Positions 51,201 to 63,423 of a stretch of DNA of 64,000 bases are shown here, piece by piece; the stretch's first letter is position 1, and every line of letters begins with the position of its first letter. The position numbers and the translations under genes were made by a program. Source of the DNA: the human T2T-CHM13v2.0 reference genome, Homo sapiens. The DNA lies in NCBI RefSeq assembly GCF_009914755.1, contig NC_060933.1. One strand, written 5' to 3'. Below the pieces are notes generated by a model. It made no database searches and was not told the DNA's origin. It was given only the letters and a program-made list of their open reading frames with translations.

Positions 51201-51666
51201 CCCCTCAGCGACAGGGAGGATTACAGATGGGAAGGGGGAGTGGCCTGGGCACGGGAACATTCTAGAAATGAAGAAGAAGGCTGCAATGTGAAGAGTCCTC
51301 CCCGAGGGGTTGCTCCTTTGGTCAGGGAGGTGCCCCTGGGGAGGGGAGATGCTGATTCCCTGGGGTGAGTCCTGGGCCACCGTCCAGACTCTAGGCTGTG
51401 TGCGTCTCGGTCTGTGTGTGTGCTGGTGGGGGACTCGTGAGCCCAGGTGCTGCCAACATGGCCCTGTTGGCCTGACGAGCTGCCCCTACTCCGTCCAGCT
51501 TGGACGTGGACCATGACTGCCCAGTAGAAACAATGAGAGAGGCCTAAAGGGCCAGCCCGACCTCAGAAAGCTCTGCCACCCCAACTCTGGAGGGTCACCA
51601 ATGGCCCGGGAAATGGTCATAGTGTGACAATCAAGCCAAGAAGTAGGTTTCAAGGACGTACATCTC

Positions 51667-52625
51667 GGCCGGGCGCAATGGCTCACGCCTGGAATCCCAG
51701 CACTTTTGGAGGCTGAGGCAGGAGGATCACTTGAGGCCAGAAGTTCGAAATTGGCCTGGGCAACATCATGAGTCCCTGTCTCTCCAAAACGTTTAAAACA
51801 TGAGCTGGGTGTGGTGTCGTGTGCCTGTGGTTGCAGCTACTGGAGGGAAGGAGGGGCTGAACTGGGAGGGTGGCTGAGGCTGGGAAGTGGAGGCTGCAGT
51901 GTTTTGCACTTAAGCCTGGGTGACAAAGGACCCTGTCTCAAAACAAAGCAATACATCTCCTAGAAACCCAACCCTGGGGCCGGGGGCGGGGCGTGGTATT
52001 TCCTGCCTGTAATCCCAACACTTTGAGAGGTAAAGCAGGAGGATTGCTTGAAGCCAGGAGTTAGACACCAGCCGGGGCACCAAAGGAACACCCCGTCTCT
52101 ACCCCCGCCCAAAAAAAAAAAAAAAAAAAAGCCAGATGTGGTTCCAGCTGTGGTTGCTGAAGTCCCAGTGACTCAGGAGGCTGAGGCAGGAGTTTCACTT
52201 GAGTCCAGGAGTTGGAGGCTGCAGTGAGCTATGATGGCACCACCGCACCCCAGCCTGGGCAACTGAGTGAAACCTTGTCTCAAAATAAGTAAATAAAAAT
52301 AAAATTTTGGGCCGGGTTCGGTGACTCACACCTGTAATCCCAGCACTTTGGGAGGCTGGGGGGTGGGGGTGGGGGCGGATCACGAGGTCAGGAGTTCAAG
52401 ACCAGCCTGGCCAAGATGGTGAAACCCCGTCTCTACTAAAAACTACAAAAATTAGCCGGGCGCGGTGGCAGGCGCCTGTAAATCTCAGCTACTCAGGAGG
52501 CCTTAGTAAGGCAGGAGAATCGCTTGAACCCAGGCGGCAGAGGTTGCAGTGAGCCGAGATCACGCCACTGCACTCCAGCAAGGGGGGCAGAGCCAGACTC
52601 TGTCTCAAAATAAAATAAAATAAAA
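51667..52625 (+). mobile_element. Three tandem Alus (~51667-51945, ~51977-52300, ~52310-52625)
   Basis: Two diverged AluJ-like copies and one AluS-like copy. Confidence 0.85.
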
Positions 52626-53254
52626 AATTATTTTTTAATTAAAAAGATAAACCCACCTGGGGCAAAATGTGCATGTGTACCGTGTAGGAAAACCCTGGAA
52701 GGAGCAGCAGCAAAATGGGGTCTGGATAGAGGACCTGTGGGGCCGCGTCGGGGTTCTGTTTTCCAAATTCTCCACAATGAGCATATGTTACTTTCGTAAC
52801 AAAAAATCAGCCATGCGCGTGAGTTTATACACGCTGAGCGAGGCCAGCCTGGCCCCTGGGAGATGGGACTGGAGGAACCCAGTGGCCACCCGGGTCTCTC
52901 TGCCCCGAGCCCTGGTGGGGAAGGAGGCAGCCCCTGCCAGCCACGCTGCCTTTCAAATGCCCGGTGGGGTCAGGGCTCGGTGTGCTCACTGGCGACATCA
53001 TCTCTGCAGGCGGTGGCCTCTCCACACACCCTGGCTGCAGAGGTCCCAGGCCTGAATGTCTCAGCCCCCCGAGAGCCTTGCCACAGCCAGCCCAGCCCTC
53101 CCTCGGTTCTGAGACCATGTTACCTGAAAGACTGGGGGGACCCCGCCTGTCCGTGTTCTGACACCAGCCTGGGCGGCAGGAAAGGCGCCCACCCGCCCAT
53201 AAAACTCCCAGCTGCCTTATCCATCTCCACCACAATCCCAATCCCACCGCCATC

Positions 53255-53375
53255 AAGTTTCACTTTAACTAATGGGACACTTAGTTTAATGAGGAGAGTT
53301 TGCGTAAGAGGAGCCTGCTAATTAAATTTTAAACCTTGTCATTCCGAGGATTACTGAGCTCTGAACAAAGCGTTT
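53255..53375. promoter_or_regulatory. Candidate LHX3 3' pituitary/neural enhancer core with ISL1-type and PITX-type sites
   Basis: CTAATGG 53269-53275, TAATGA 53287-53292, CTAATTAA 53318-53325 and GGATTA 53348-53353 in an AT-rich island ~6.5 kb past the poly(A) site. Consistent with a described LHX3 downstream enhancer (recalled, not verified). Confidence 0.6.
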
Positions 53376-53874
53376 GCCAGGGAGAGGAGCGAGCCCCACC
53401 CTAGCAGAGGCCTGGAGCTCCCTGGTGTCAGCTGCTCTCTGCCCTGCAGGACGCATTGGGCGTCTCGGGCACAAACCACAGAGGGGCCTCTGGCTGCCAC
53501 AGCCAAAAAGGAGCTTTCGTCAGGCCTAGGAGTCTCAGGGCCCTAGATCCCCAGGCAGCCCCCAGGAGGGGCCTGGCTCTGGGGCCTTTGCCCTGAAGAG
53601 GCGACTTCAAGGGCCCTCCGGCCACACCCTTCCAGGGTGCCAGACCTGGGGGGCAGGATTGCTGTCTCCCAGGGTCAGACCCGGGGGAGTAAGTGCTGTA
53701 AGGAACCGCCTGAGGTGGGGCTCCCGGAGGACCCACCGCCCTTTCTGCCGTCCTCCCCCTCCCCCTCCCCCTGCCTCATCCCAGGGTCAGCCCTCTCGGG
53801 CTCAGAGCAGGTGGCGGCTGGCTGGTCCCACCACCCCGTCCTCTGGGAGACCTAGCTGAGCCTTCAAGAGTGGC

Positions 53875-53958
53875 CATCCCTAACGCTCAGCCACCCTCCA
53901 TATCTCCTAATGCTCAGCCACCCACCATATCTCCTAACGCTCAGCCACCCACCATATC
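53875..53958 (+). repeat. 27-bp tandem repeat, ~3 copies
   Basis: Unit CTCCTAACGCTCAGCCACCCACCATAT. Confidence 0.88.
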
Positions 53959-55424
53959 TGCAGCCAGCATTGTTCCCCAAGCAGAGGAAGAAAATGGGGA
54001 GGGTGGCATGAGTCATGGTGTCACCCCTAGAACATCACAGGTCTCAACCTCTGACCTCTCTGAAGGTCTGACAAAGCCGGCGGTCAGGGTGGGCCAGCCT
54101 GAGGACCAAGCTCTTGCAGAGCTTTTGGCTGAGGACAGGACAGAGCCACTCTATAAATGACCACCAGGCACAGGCAGTCAGTGGGTTTGGGGGGCACTGG
54201 AGAAGCACATGCCTGCTGGGCCCCAAGGACCCCAGTTCCCTGCCCACCTGTCTGGGCTCTCCCAAGTGAAGGCAAACCTGTGGAGACGCAAGCCTTCCAG
54301 GGAAGCCCTGGGGCTGCAGGAGGTGGGTAAGGACATCCTGTCCGACACAGGCCAGCCGTGATCAGGTGCTGGGCACAGACACGCTGCTGCCCACGGCCCA
54401 GCCCTATGCACAGGCCAAACCCGTGTGGTTGACCTGTGCAGGAGAGGCTAGCGGGGCTCAGTCCTGCTGCCCTGGGCCAAGACTCTTCAGAGGGGTGAGG
54501 TGGGGAGCGGCTCCCAGAGATGGCAGCTTTTGGAGCCAGGTGGGACGTGGCCCGCACCAGGCTAACCACAAGACTTCCCGTCTGCCTCTCCCACTGGGAG
54601 GCAGGCTCATCCTCCAGGGCGGCCTGGGAGGGAGTAATTTTAATTTTAATTGAGGTAAAGTTCACATCACGTAAAATGAACCACTTTAAAGTGTGCCCTG
54701 TGCAACCATCGCCACGGTCTAGTTCCAATCCAACCACCACCTCCCGCACTTACGCTCTGGGAGAGCGTGGGGGATGTTTGTGTGTGTACCGTGCAGTGGG
54801 TGTGTGACCTCTTGGAGAGCGATGAGCGTGTGGATGAGCAGATGTGGGTGTGCAGGTCGGAGTGGGTGTGCCCTTTACCCACCCATCCCAGGCTTTGCCT
54901 CCTCAAGCCCCATGGTAACCCTGGGAAGGAGATTGTACTTGCTCTTCACAGACTCAGAGAGGCTGAGCGGCTTGTCCACGGTCACACAGTGTGGCCAGTG
55001 AGTAGCATGGATAAGAAGGATGAGGAGCCAGTTCTCCCGAGCCAGTGCTCTGGGGCCTTTTCTGCCCAGGGCATCCCACCGTGGCTCCCCGGCTCCTGGA
55101 CCCACCCAGCCCCGACGATGTGACCTGGGGGACCCCAGCCCTCCTGAGATGGCACCCCAGGATGGTGTAGGGGGAAGTGTGTGGAATTGGGTTTGGAGGG
55201 CTGTGCGGCATCTGGGGCCTGTGGCTCCCAGGCAGGGCCGCCCCCCACAGCACTGCAGCCTCTCACGCGCACGTGCAGGGCAGACTCTGCCCGGGGGCTG
55301 CAGAATCAGGAGTCTTCTCCTAGGTTTGGCCTTGGGCTCCATCCTACACCCTGAATGTGACAGCTGCGTCTTCGTCTCACACCTACTTTTGAATGCCAAG
55401 AGGGGGCTCCGCTGGCCAGGACAG

Positions 55425-55870
55425 AATATTTTTATGGTAAAAAATGACCGGCAGTTGCATCAGCTCCAGGAGGGTGGGAGCCGTCACCCGAGGTCGCACA
55501 GGCAGACTGATGAAAATTCTGCTTATAAAGTCACTGCTCCCCCATTAATTAGGGGGGAGGGGGCGCTCCGGAGCCACCACGCACCTCGCCCACGGCCAAA
55601 AGCTTGTCAACATTTTCCACGAAGGATGAAAATGTAAATAACTTTCAGATTATTCAATGTCACCAAGGTATGGAAAAAGGTCGCCATACTGGGTGTCATT
55701 TATCTCGTTGTGGATTTAAAGAGCTTTTTTCTATTAAATTTCTTAAAATTAATGTTTTATGTTGCTCAGAGTAATTTAAACAATTATGGGCTTAAAGAAT
55801 TGATCATTACAGCCCCTGGGATTTAGCGCTGCAGGCTGATTCCCCTGAAAAACCTCTGATTTATCAGGGC
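55425..55870. promoter_or_regulatory. Candidate enhancer (AT-rich, homeodomain/FOX/PBX-HOX motifs)
   Basis: CATTAATTAG 55543-55552, TGTAAATA 55633-55640, TGATTTAT 55857-55864 and several more TAAT sites; not a recognisable repeat. Confidence 0.55.
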
Positions 55871-56249
55871 TGCTACTCGGCCAGGCAAGCCCGGGGATTT
55901 GGGCCCCCACCCGCTCCTGTCCACCCTTGGGGAGGGGGGCTGGACCTGCCGGCAGATGGTGAGGAGGGAGAGGAGGGGAGGGCAGGGGGTGTCCCTGCTC
56001 TTAGGGAGAGGGAGGGGTGCCTCTGTGACTTCTAAGGCATCCCCTGATTCGGGAAGGTCCTTCGGGCTAAAAGCAGCTCTTCGTATGAATTTCATATTTA
56101 AGAGAAAATAATCCCTTTTAATGTGCTGGTTGAAATTACTTTATTATTCAGATATTTAAGTTGGATGATGTAATACAGTTGCCAGATTCAAAGTTAGCAA
56201 GCTCCTCCCCCGTCCCGCCAAGGGGACGCCACCCAGAGCCCTGTGCCAC

Positions 56250-57790
56250 CCCCAGCCCCGCCCCCGCTGCAAGGGGGATGGGGTCCTGGGCAAGGGTCGG
56301 TCCTCTCTGGTCAGCGACCCCGCTGCCTCTCGGGTCGGGACCCCAACGAGCGGGAAAAAAAAAAAAAGACAGAACGCGTGCCGGGGAGTATGACCCCGGC
56401 CCCGGCTCCCTGCACCCCGGGCTGCGCAGAGCCCTCGCCCTCCGGGTTCCCTCTGCCAGCGACGCCAGCAGAGCCGGGCAGGTCCCATCTCGGGGTCTCC
56501 CCGCGCCCGGACGACCCCTCTCCCACTGCGGCCCCGGCCCTGCCTCACCCGCCGCCCCACCAGGGTCCGAGACCGGGAGACCCCAGCCGCGGGGGGGGGG
56601 GGACATCAGCCTTCGACCTGCCCCCGCACCTCCCGCTCCGCGGGGAGACTGGGCGCCAGGAACCCCGAATTCGGGGCTGACAACCCGCAGGCGCGCGGCT
56701 AAAGCTTCCACCGTCCGCGAGAAGGCGTCTCCACCCTGGAAGGAAGGGGGCTCGGACCCAGGGAGGATGAGGGGTCCGCCTTCTCCTTCCCCTCACCTCG
56801 CTGCAGCCCAGAGCCCGCAGACAGCCCCGCGGCCCAAGGTCTCTCTCCGCCCGAGGTCTGCAGCTCTGGCTGGGCGTCCCCCGGCCTGGCGGGGGTCCGG
56901 GTGGGGGCCGCGGCCCGAAGTCTGATTCTGGGTTCGCCCTCGCGGGTACGGAGCAGGAGCCGGAGGAGGTCGGAGCCCGCGTTTCTGTCCCTGGGGCGCG
57001 GGGAGGTCACAGGGCTCCCCCCAGGCCCGCGCGGGGCGGAACCGGGTACGGCCAGAGCGGCGCGCGCTGCGCTCCGATCGGGAACCGGAGGCCGGCGAGG
57101 TCACGCAGACGCGCTCTCCAGGGCACCGCGGGTCTCCCATCGCCGAGGCCGCCTCCGCAGGCCCCGCTCCCCTCCCCGCGGCGGCCAGGGCGGTGTCGGG
57201 GGCGGCCACGGGCTCCGGGATTATCGACGCGCCGCCAGCTGGAGCGGGCGCGGGCGGGGTCCCCGCGGGAACAGTCGGCACTTTATTAACCTGTCAGCGC
57301 CTAAAAGGTCCCGGGCGGCCTGGGGGAGGGGCCGGAGGCCGGGGCGGGGTGGGGGCGCGGCTGGGGGATTTGCGCCCCCTCCTCGGGGCTGCCCCCCGCC
57401 AGCCCGCGCTGCACCCCGGCGGCCGCGCCCCCTCCCTAAATTCCGCCTTCGACCTGGGCCCGGAGCCGCTTTCCCCGCGGGCTGCCCGTTGCCCCCGGAG
57501 AGTTCGGGGTCGTCCCTCCAGCGCCCGTCCCTGGCCGCGGGGCCGCTGGCTGGAGTCTCTGCCCTGGGGACACCGACTCCGCAGGCCGGCCCCGAACCTC
57601 GCACTTTCCCGCCGGCGCGCCTTTGCCCGCACTGGTCGCCGTCGCCACGCGCCATCCTCGCGTCCAACCCCATCTGCTTCCACGCTCGGCTCCAGTGTTG
57701 CCGCCATTCCCAGTGGCCGTCGGGGCCCTTCTCCCCTCCCGGGACCGCCCTGGTGATCCGCGCGTCTCTGCGCTTCCCAGGGGTGCTCGG
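56250..57790. promoter_or_regulatory. CpG island ~2-3.5 kb downstream of the LHX3 poly(A) site, with no gene start identified
   Basis: About 1.5 kb of dense CpG and GGGCGG boxes with no credible CDS. Confidence 0.8.
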
Positions 57791-58533
57791 TGCCTCCTTA
57801 GACACAGCGTGGCTGCCAGAGCCTGGGGGTCGAAGGCCATGCGCCACAGGGAGGGAGGGAGGGCGGGTGGGGCTTGGGAGGACCCGACAGAAACCCCGTT
57901 GACCGCCTGGTCAGCACCCCTCCTTCCCCACAGCGGGGGTTGGGGGGTGGGGGGACCCAGGCCAGGACAGGTCCTTTCCTCCTCTGGGCCTCAGTCTCCC
58001 CACAGGCAGAGGCCGCTGGGCGGAGCACAGCCAATTCTAGAAATGTTCATGGAATGAACAGGTCCAGGAGCCTGCCAGAGCCCCTGCCCGGTTTAGCCCT
58101 GCAGACCTGGGGTCTGTGGGCGCCTAGAGGTCAGCAGAGGTCAGGGTCAGGGCAGACTGGACATCAGACCTTCTCCCGGTGATGTTCCTCAGAGGTCCTT
58201 TGCCCCAGCCCCATCACTCCCAGTCCCCAGGGTTGCCCAAGCCTGCATGGCTGAGGACAGTCTCCCGCTCTTTTCTCCCAAGCTGCCCTCCCCTCTTCCC
58301 CCTCTTCCCTCCCCTTCCCCTTCTTCCCTCCTCTCTCCTCCCTCCCCACTCTTCCCTCCCCTCCCCTTCTCCATCTTCCCTCCCCTCTCCTCCCTTCCCT
58401 CCCCTTTCCTGGGCCTTAGCTTTCTCTTCTGTGAGATTGAGAGGAGAGGCCGCTGTGGGACTCAGAAGAGGATGTGCCTGACACACATCCCGAAACGATG
58501 AAAAGGACGTCCCTTAAAAGACAACTGTTCCCT

Positions 58534-58936
<403 letters not shown>

Positions 58937-59789
58937 TTACTGGGGGAACTGAGGCCAGTGCAAAGGTCCCCATGAAAGGCATGGGGACTCCTCCACCTTC
59001 CCTCCCCGTCCACTGAGAAATAGGGAGCCCAGGCTCCAAGGGGCCTCCTCCCTCCAGCCCCCACTCTGCTCCAGGGAGACCCCCTCAGAGGAAGAGACCC
59101 TCAGGGAGGAGGCCCAGCCCTCCTTCCTGCAGGAGGGAAGGCCGAGGTGGAAGGGCCAACCCTGCCTGCTTCTACCACTGCCCCTATAGGAGCACTTACC
59201 TGGGGGTGGGGGTGGGGCGCATACAACTTCTTTCTGCCCTCTGAGGGGACTGTCATCACTGTCTTCTCTTTACGGCGGCGGCGGGGTTGGGGGGGTTGGG
59301 GGGTGGGGACGGGGAAGCAGGGCTCAGAGGGTTCCAGCCCCCAGCCCAGGGTCACACAGCAAGTTAGAAGAGCCAGGATTGGAATCCAAGCTGGAGAGAC
59401 TTCCATGACCATGAGCCTGGTCACCCTACCAGCCTATGTCCTGGGGTTGGTGCCAGCTGCAAGCTGTGAATGGCACACACGGCCCACCTCCCACCCCCAT
59501 CATGCTCTCTGGACATCCCAACCCCTGCCTCTCCCAGGGACAGGGTGTGGAGACCGCAACCCCTCCCCTCCATCAGGAAGGGATGGGCTGTTCCCCCCAC
59601 CTCCTTCCAGTGCTCATGAGCATGGCCAAGATCCAGGGATAAAGAGAGCCCAAATTCATACTAGGTGCCAGCCCAAGCAACGAACTAGGGGGACTCAGGG
59701 CCCCTCCAGGGCTGCCTCTCAACATTCACAGAATGTTCCCCACACCCAACACTCCCCAACCCCCGCAGCCTCAAAAAAACGCGGGCCTT

Positions 59790-60867
59790 CCATTGACTGT
59801 AACTGACAAATTTATTGAAGTCTTGGAAAGAGCTGATCACCCGAGAATAAATAAAAGACACAGAACATTCACAGAACCAATAGGTAGCTCGAGATTCAGG
59901 TTTGCGGGAGTGACTTTGACTTACACACAGGCCAGCCTTTGTGTCTGGGGCACGCACAGCTGCGGGCATCTCCCAGAAACTTCTTCCCAAAGGATCTGAT
60001 GGAGGAGGCAGGGCAGGCTCAGAGGAGCCCCACCCTTCTCCAGCGGGGAGACTTCCCAATCTGGGGCTGGCAGAGCCGGCTCCGGCAGGGAGGGCAGGCT
60101 GTTTGGCAACAGACATCTGTGGGTGCAGCCTGGACACCAAGGGCCTGGGGTGGGGTGAGGAGGAGACCCTGAGGGGCTTAGAGAATTGAGCTTGGAGAGA
60201 AGGGGCGCCAGGCATTTTTGCCTCCTCCACAGGATACTCGAGAACAGAATGATCTAGAGACCTGGGGATTGGGGAAAGCTTCTCCCGGGGAAGGTGGGGC
60301 TGGAGGCAGAGAGGCCCCCTGTGGTCTGGGGAGAGGAGGGGGCCTCTCCCGGAGGACACAGGTGTGTCCCCGCCTCTGCAGCCTCTTGCCTCGACAGGCA
60401 AGGCCAATCTCCGACCTAAAGAGGGAGCCTCGGGGTGACGGCTCCAAGACACATGGAGCCTGGGAAGTGAAAGCACAATTATGATGATTTCTCAGTTTTA
60501 GAGATGAAAGCGTTTTTCCAGCCCTCGGGCTATGCTGGGCTGGGCTGGGCCTCAGCAAGGTGACATTTCATGTCTAGAAATAGCAGCAAGTGCTCAGTTA
60601 ATTGGTCAATAAAGGGGAGAAATTTGCTTACAAAAAAGGCTGGCTTGCTGGGAGGCCACCTGGCGGGCCAGCCCTGTGTCAGAGGAGGGGCCAGGTGGGT
60701 CCCTCAGCCCCCAGAGAGGGAGCTGTGCGGTCGGCAGTGGGAGGCTCCGAAGGCACCAGCCCTCCCTTGACGCCCTGGCCCCACTTCCTCGGAAACCCCA
60801 GCAGCCCCGAGCCGCCCACCCAGGGGCAGCTCCCTCGTGTGAGGTGCAGGGTGGAGCCGGGCCTGGG
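59790..60867 (-). other. LHX3: LHX3 3' UTR (~1.07 kb)
   Basis: Runs from the stop codon to just past the first minus-strand AATAAA; the cleavage site is estimated. Confidence 0.8.
59811..59816 (-). terminator. Polyadenylation signal AATAAA of LHX3
   Basis: TTTATT on the + strand. A U-rich element lies upstream (+ strand 59845-59857) and a GU7 element about 30 nt downstream (+ strand 59773-59780). Confidence 0.82.
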
Positions 60868-61286
60868 TCAGAACTGAGCGTGGTCTACCTCATCCAGCCA
60901 GGAGGCGGGGCTGGCAGGGAAGTCGGGGTAACCCCCGCTGCTCCCCGTGGATAGGTCAGAACTGGGTCCGTTCCCTGCCAGCACCCTCATGGGTGGGGGC
61001 CCGCCGGGGGCTCCCGAGGGCACAAGGCCCAAGCTGGTGTCTGGGTACACCAGGCTGGAGAGGAGGGGCTGGGGGCCAGGGAGGCTCTGCGGGGCGGCGG
61101 GGGATGGGGGGACACCGTAGGGGCTGCCGGGACGCAGCTCTCGGTACTGCTCTGGGCCTGCCAGGCCTCCATGCTCCAGGGAGAAGTTGCCCAGGGCTCC
61201 CGAGGGCCGGCCCAAGGCCTGGGTGGGTTCCCCCAAGCTCCCGTAGAGGCCATTGGCCGGGCCCATTTCCGCCAAGGAAGGCTCAT
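60868..61286 (-). CDS. LHX3: LHX3 last coding exon: C-terminal region with the LHX3/4-specific domain and TGA stop
   Basis: Acceptor TTCTGTTGCAG|AT. Frame continues DEPSLAEMGPANG...SSDLSTGSSGGYPDFPASPASWLDEVDHAQF-stop, matching ORF 60868..61275. Confidence 0.96.
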
Positions 61287-62194
61287 CTGCAACAGAAGCA
61301 GAGGCTCAGTCAGCGCCTGCCCTCCACCTGCGGCCCCTCAGAGTCCCATCCTGCAGGCGGAGGCACCCCTGGGTCGGAGAAAGAGTGGCTGCCCCACACC
61401 ACATGACAGGTCATAACAGGCCCCTTCTACTGTTGGAGCATGGCTGCCCCTGCCCCTCCACTGCCCTCACCCCTGAGTCAGCCCAGGTGTCTCAGGCCTG
61501 GTGGGATCAGAGTCAGGAACAGCCCAGCCAGGGCCCAGGCTTTCAGGACCAGCCCCACAGCAGCCTAGGAAGGGGGCACAGATACCACCACCCACATTTT
61601 GCAGACAAGGATATTTAGTTCCAGAGTGGCTGAGTGAGTAGCCCGGGTCACGAGGCAGCCCAAAAGAGAGTGTCTTGTCCACATTCTGAGGATGGGCATC
61701 AACAGATGGGGACGCAGCATCCCCGGTGCCCGGAGAATGAAATAAATAATCCAGGCCCCACAGAAGGGTATGGAACCTTCTCTCCCTGACCCCAGGTAGC
61801 CCCCTCCCCCAACTCCAAGCAGCTGGGACTTCGACTCAGTCTTTCCCGAAATGCACTGCCCATTCTCCTAAAAATCACTGCAAGGGCTAGGAGCCAGAGA
61901 GACGGCCTGGACACGCCCACCCCCCCATGAGAAAGCCCGTAGGCGCCCAGCTTGGGGACAGGTCGGGCCACAGGGATTGTGTCCCCACCAGGGGAAAAGC
62001 AGTGGTCCGGAGTGGCCACCCAGGGCGGGGAGGGTGCTGGGGGAGCAGGTTCTGTAAGTGAAATGCTTTTGAAAGTAGAACTTAAGGAGTCCACTAACTC
62101 CATGGGAAATTCAGATCCGCGGGCTCCCTGGGACCCCTGCGACCCCGCCGACGCGCGCTCGTCCCCCCCCGAGCTCCGCGATCCCTCCGCCTAC

Positions 62195-62363
62195 CGGGGA
62201 AGGAGACCTCAGCGTCGCTGTCCTGCCCCTCCTGAACGCTGTCCTTGTCCGACTTGGAGCCGCCGCGGGAGCGCTTCATGTTGCGGAAATACTGCCCCCA
62301 GCGCTGCCGGCCGGCGTCCTTCTTCAGCCTCTTCTCCTTGGCCCGGCGGTTCTGGAACCAAAC
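62195..62363 (-). CDS. LHX3: LHX3 exon 5 (169 bp): homeodomain helix 3 and following linker
   Basis: Translates [56 protein letters not shown]. Acceptor CCCCCAG|GTT and donor CCG|GTAGGC. Confidence 0.97.
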
Positions 62364-62450
62364 CTGGGGGCGGGGCGGGGTGAGCGGCCGCCCGGCTCTG
62401 CGGGGGCCCCCAAGGCCGCGGGCGGGAGGGAAGCAGGGGCGAGCGCTGAC

Positions 62451-62602
62451 CTGCACCACGCGCATGTCCAGGCCCGTCTCGGACGAGAGCTGCTCGCGCA
62501 CGTGGCGCGCCGGCTTGGGCGAGGTGTTGTAAGCGCTCTTCAGCGTCTCCAGCTGCTTGGCGGTGATGGTCGTGCGCGGCCGCTTGGCCGTGGCCTCGGC
62601 CT
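62451..62602 (-). CDS. LHX3: LHX3 exon 4 (152 bp): homeodomain N-terminal arm, helices 1-2 and start of helix 3
   Basis: Translates [51 protein letters not shown]. Acceptor CGCAG|AG and donor CAG|GTCAGC; phase matches the previous exon. Confidence 0.97.
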
Positions 62603-63220
62603 CTGCGCGGCGGGCGAGCGGTGAGGCGCGGCAGCCCCTCCGGCCCCGGCCGGACCCCCAGCCCTCCCACCCCGGCCGGCGCGGGGACGTCGGGGCCTCA
62701 GGTGCCCACCCCCATCCCGCCCCACAGGCTTCTCGGAAGGCGCGGGCGCTGGGAGCGATTGGCAAAAACGGGCAGCACCCGGGCTGGGGTGGAGGGGGCG
62801 CCGGCGGAGGGCGGGTTCTGCCGCGGGGGCGGGGGCGGCGCCTTCCCTAAAATCGCACCTCCACGGCGCCCCCGCCTTCAGCCTTGGCTCCCTTCTCCAA
62901 GCACCCTGATTTCCCCGCGGGCTCCCCTTTATTCTAAGGGTGTGGGTATGGCCCAGCCTTCGCGGCCAAGAATTTAGGGCGATAATTCCGACCAGGGGCG
63001 AAAAGCCGCACACTTCGGACCGAACGAAGCGGTTCGGGACGCGGGTCTGTCCGTGACTCCGCCGTTCCCGGCCTCGGCTTCCTGCTGCCTACACCGCCCT
63101 AGCCCAGGCCCCCTTAGTGAGCGCTTGGGGAGAGAATTTCCCCGGACGCCCCCCTGGGCGTGGCCTCAGCCCCATTTTTTTCAGACCAGGAAAGGTGGGA
63201 GCGTCGTCCCCTCGGCTGAC

Positions 63221-63423
63221 CTCGCTGCTTGGCGGTTTCGTAGTCCGCCTTGCACACGAGCCGGCTGTCCTCCATGAGGTAGAACTCGTCGCCCGTGGCC
63301 AGCTGCCGCTTGCACACGACGCAGGCAAAGCAGTGCAGGTGGTACACGAAGTCCTGGGCGCGGCGCACCACCTGCGTGGGCGGGATGCCCAGCTGGCACG
63401 CGGCGCACTTGGTCCCGAAGCGC
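63221..63423 (-). CDS. LHX3: LHX3 coding exon (exon 3 by recalled numbering, 203 bp): second LIM zinc-binding domain. Upstream exons lie outside the window.
   Basis: Translates [67 protein letters not shown], with LIM C/H spacing. Acceptor CCCGCAG|G and donor GAG|GTCAGC. Confidence 0.97.

Noticed and set aside
56148-57902. Overlapping ORFs of 130-333 aa
   Set aside because: Stop-codon depletion in a CpG island; Pro/Gly/Arg/Ala-rich with no domain or exon structure.
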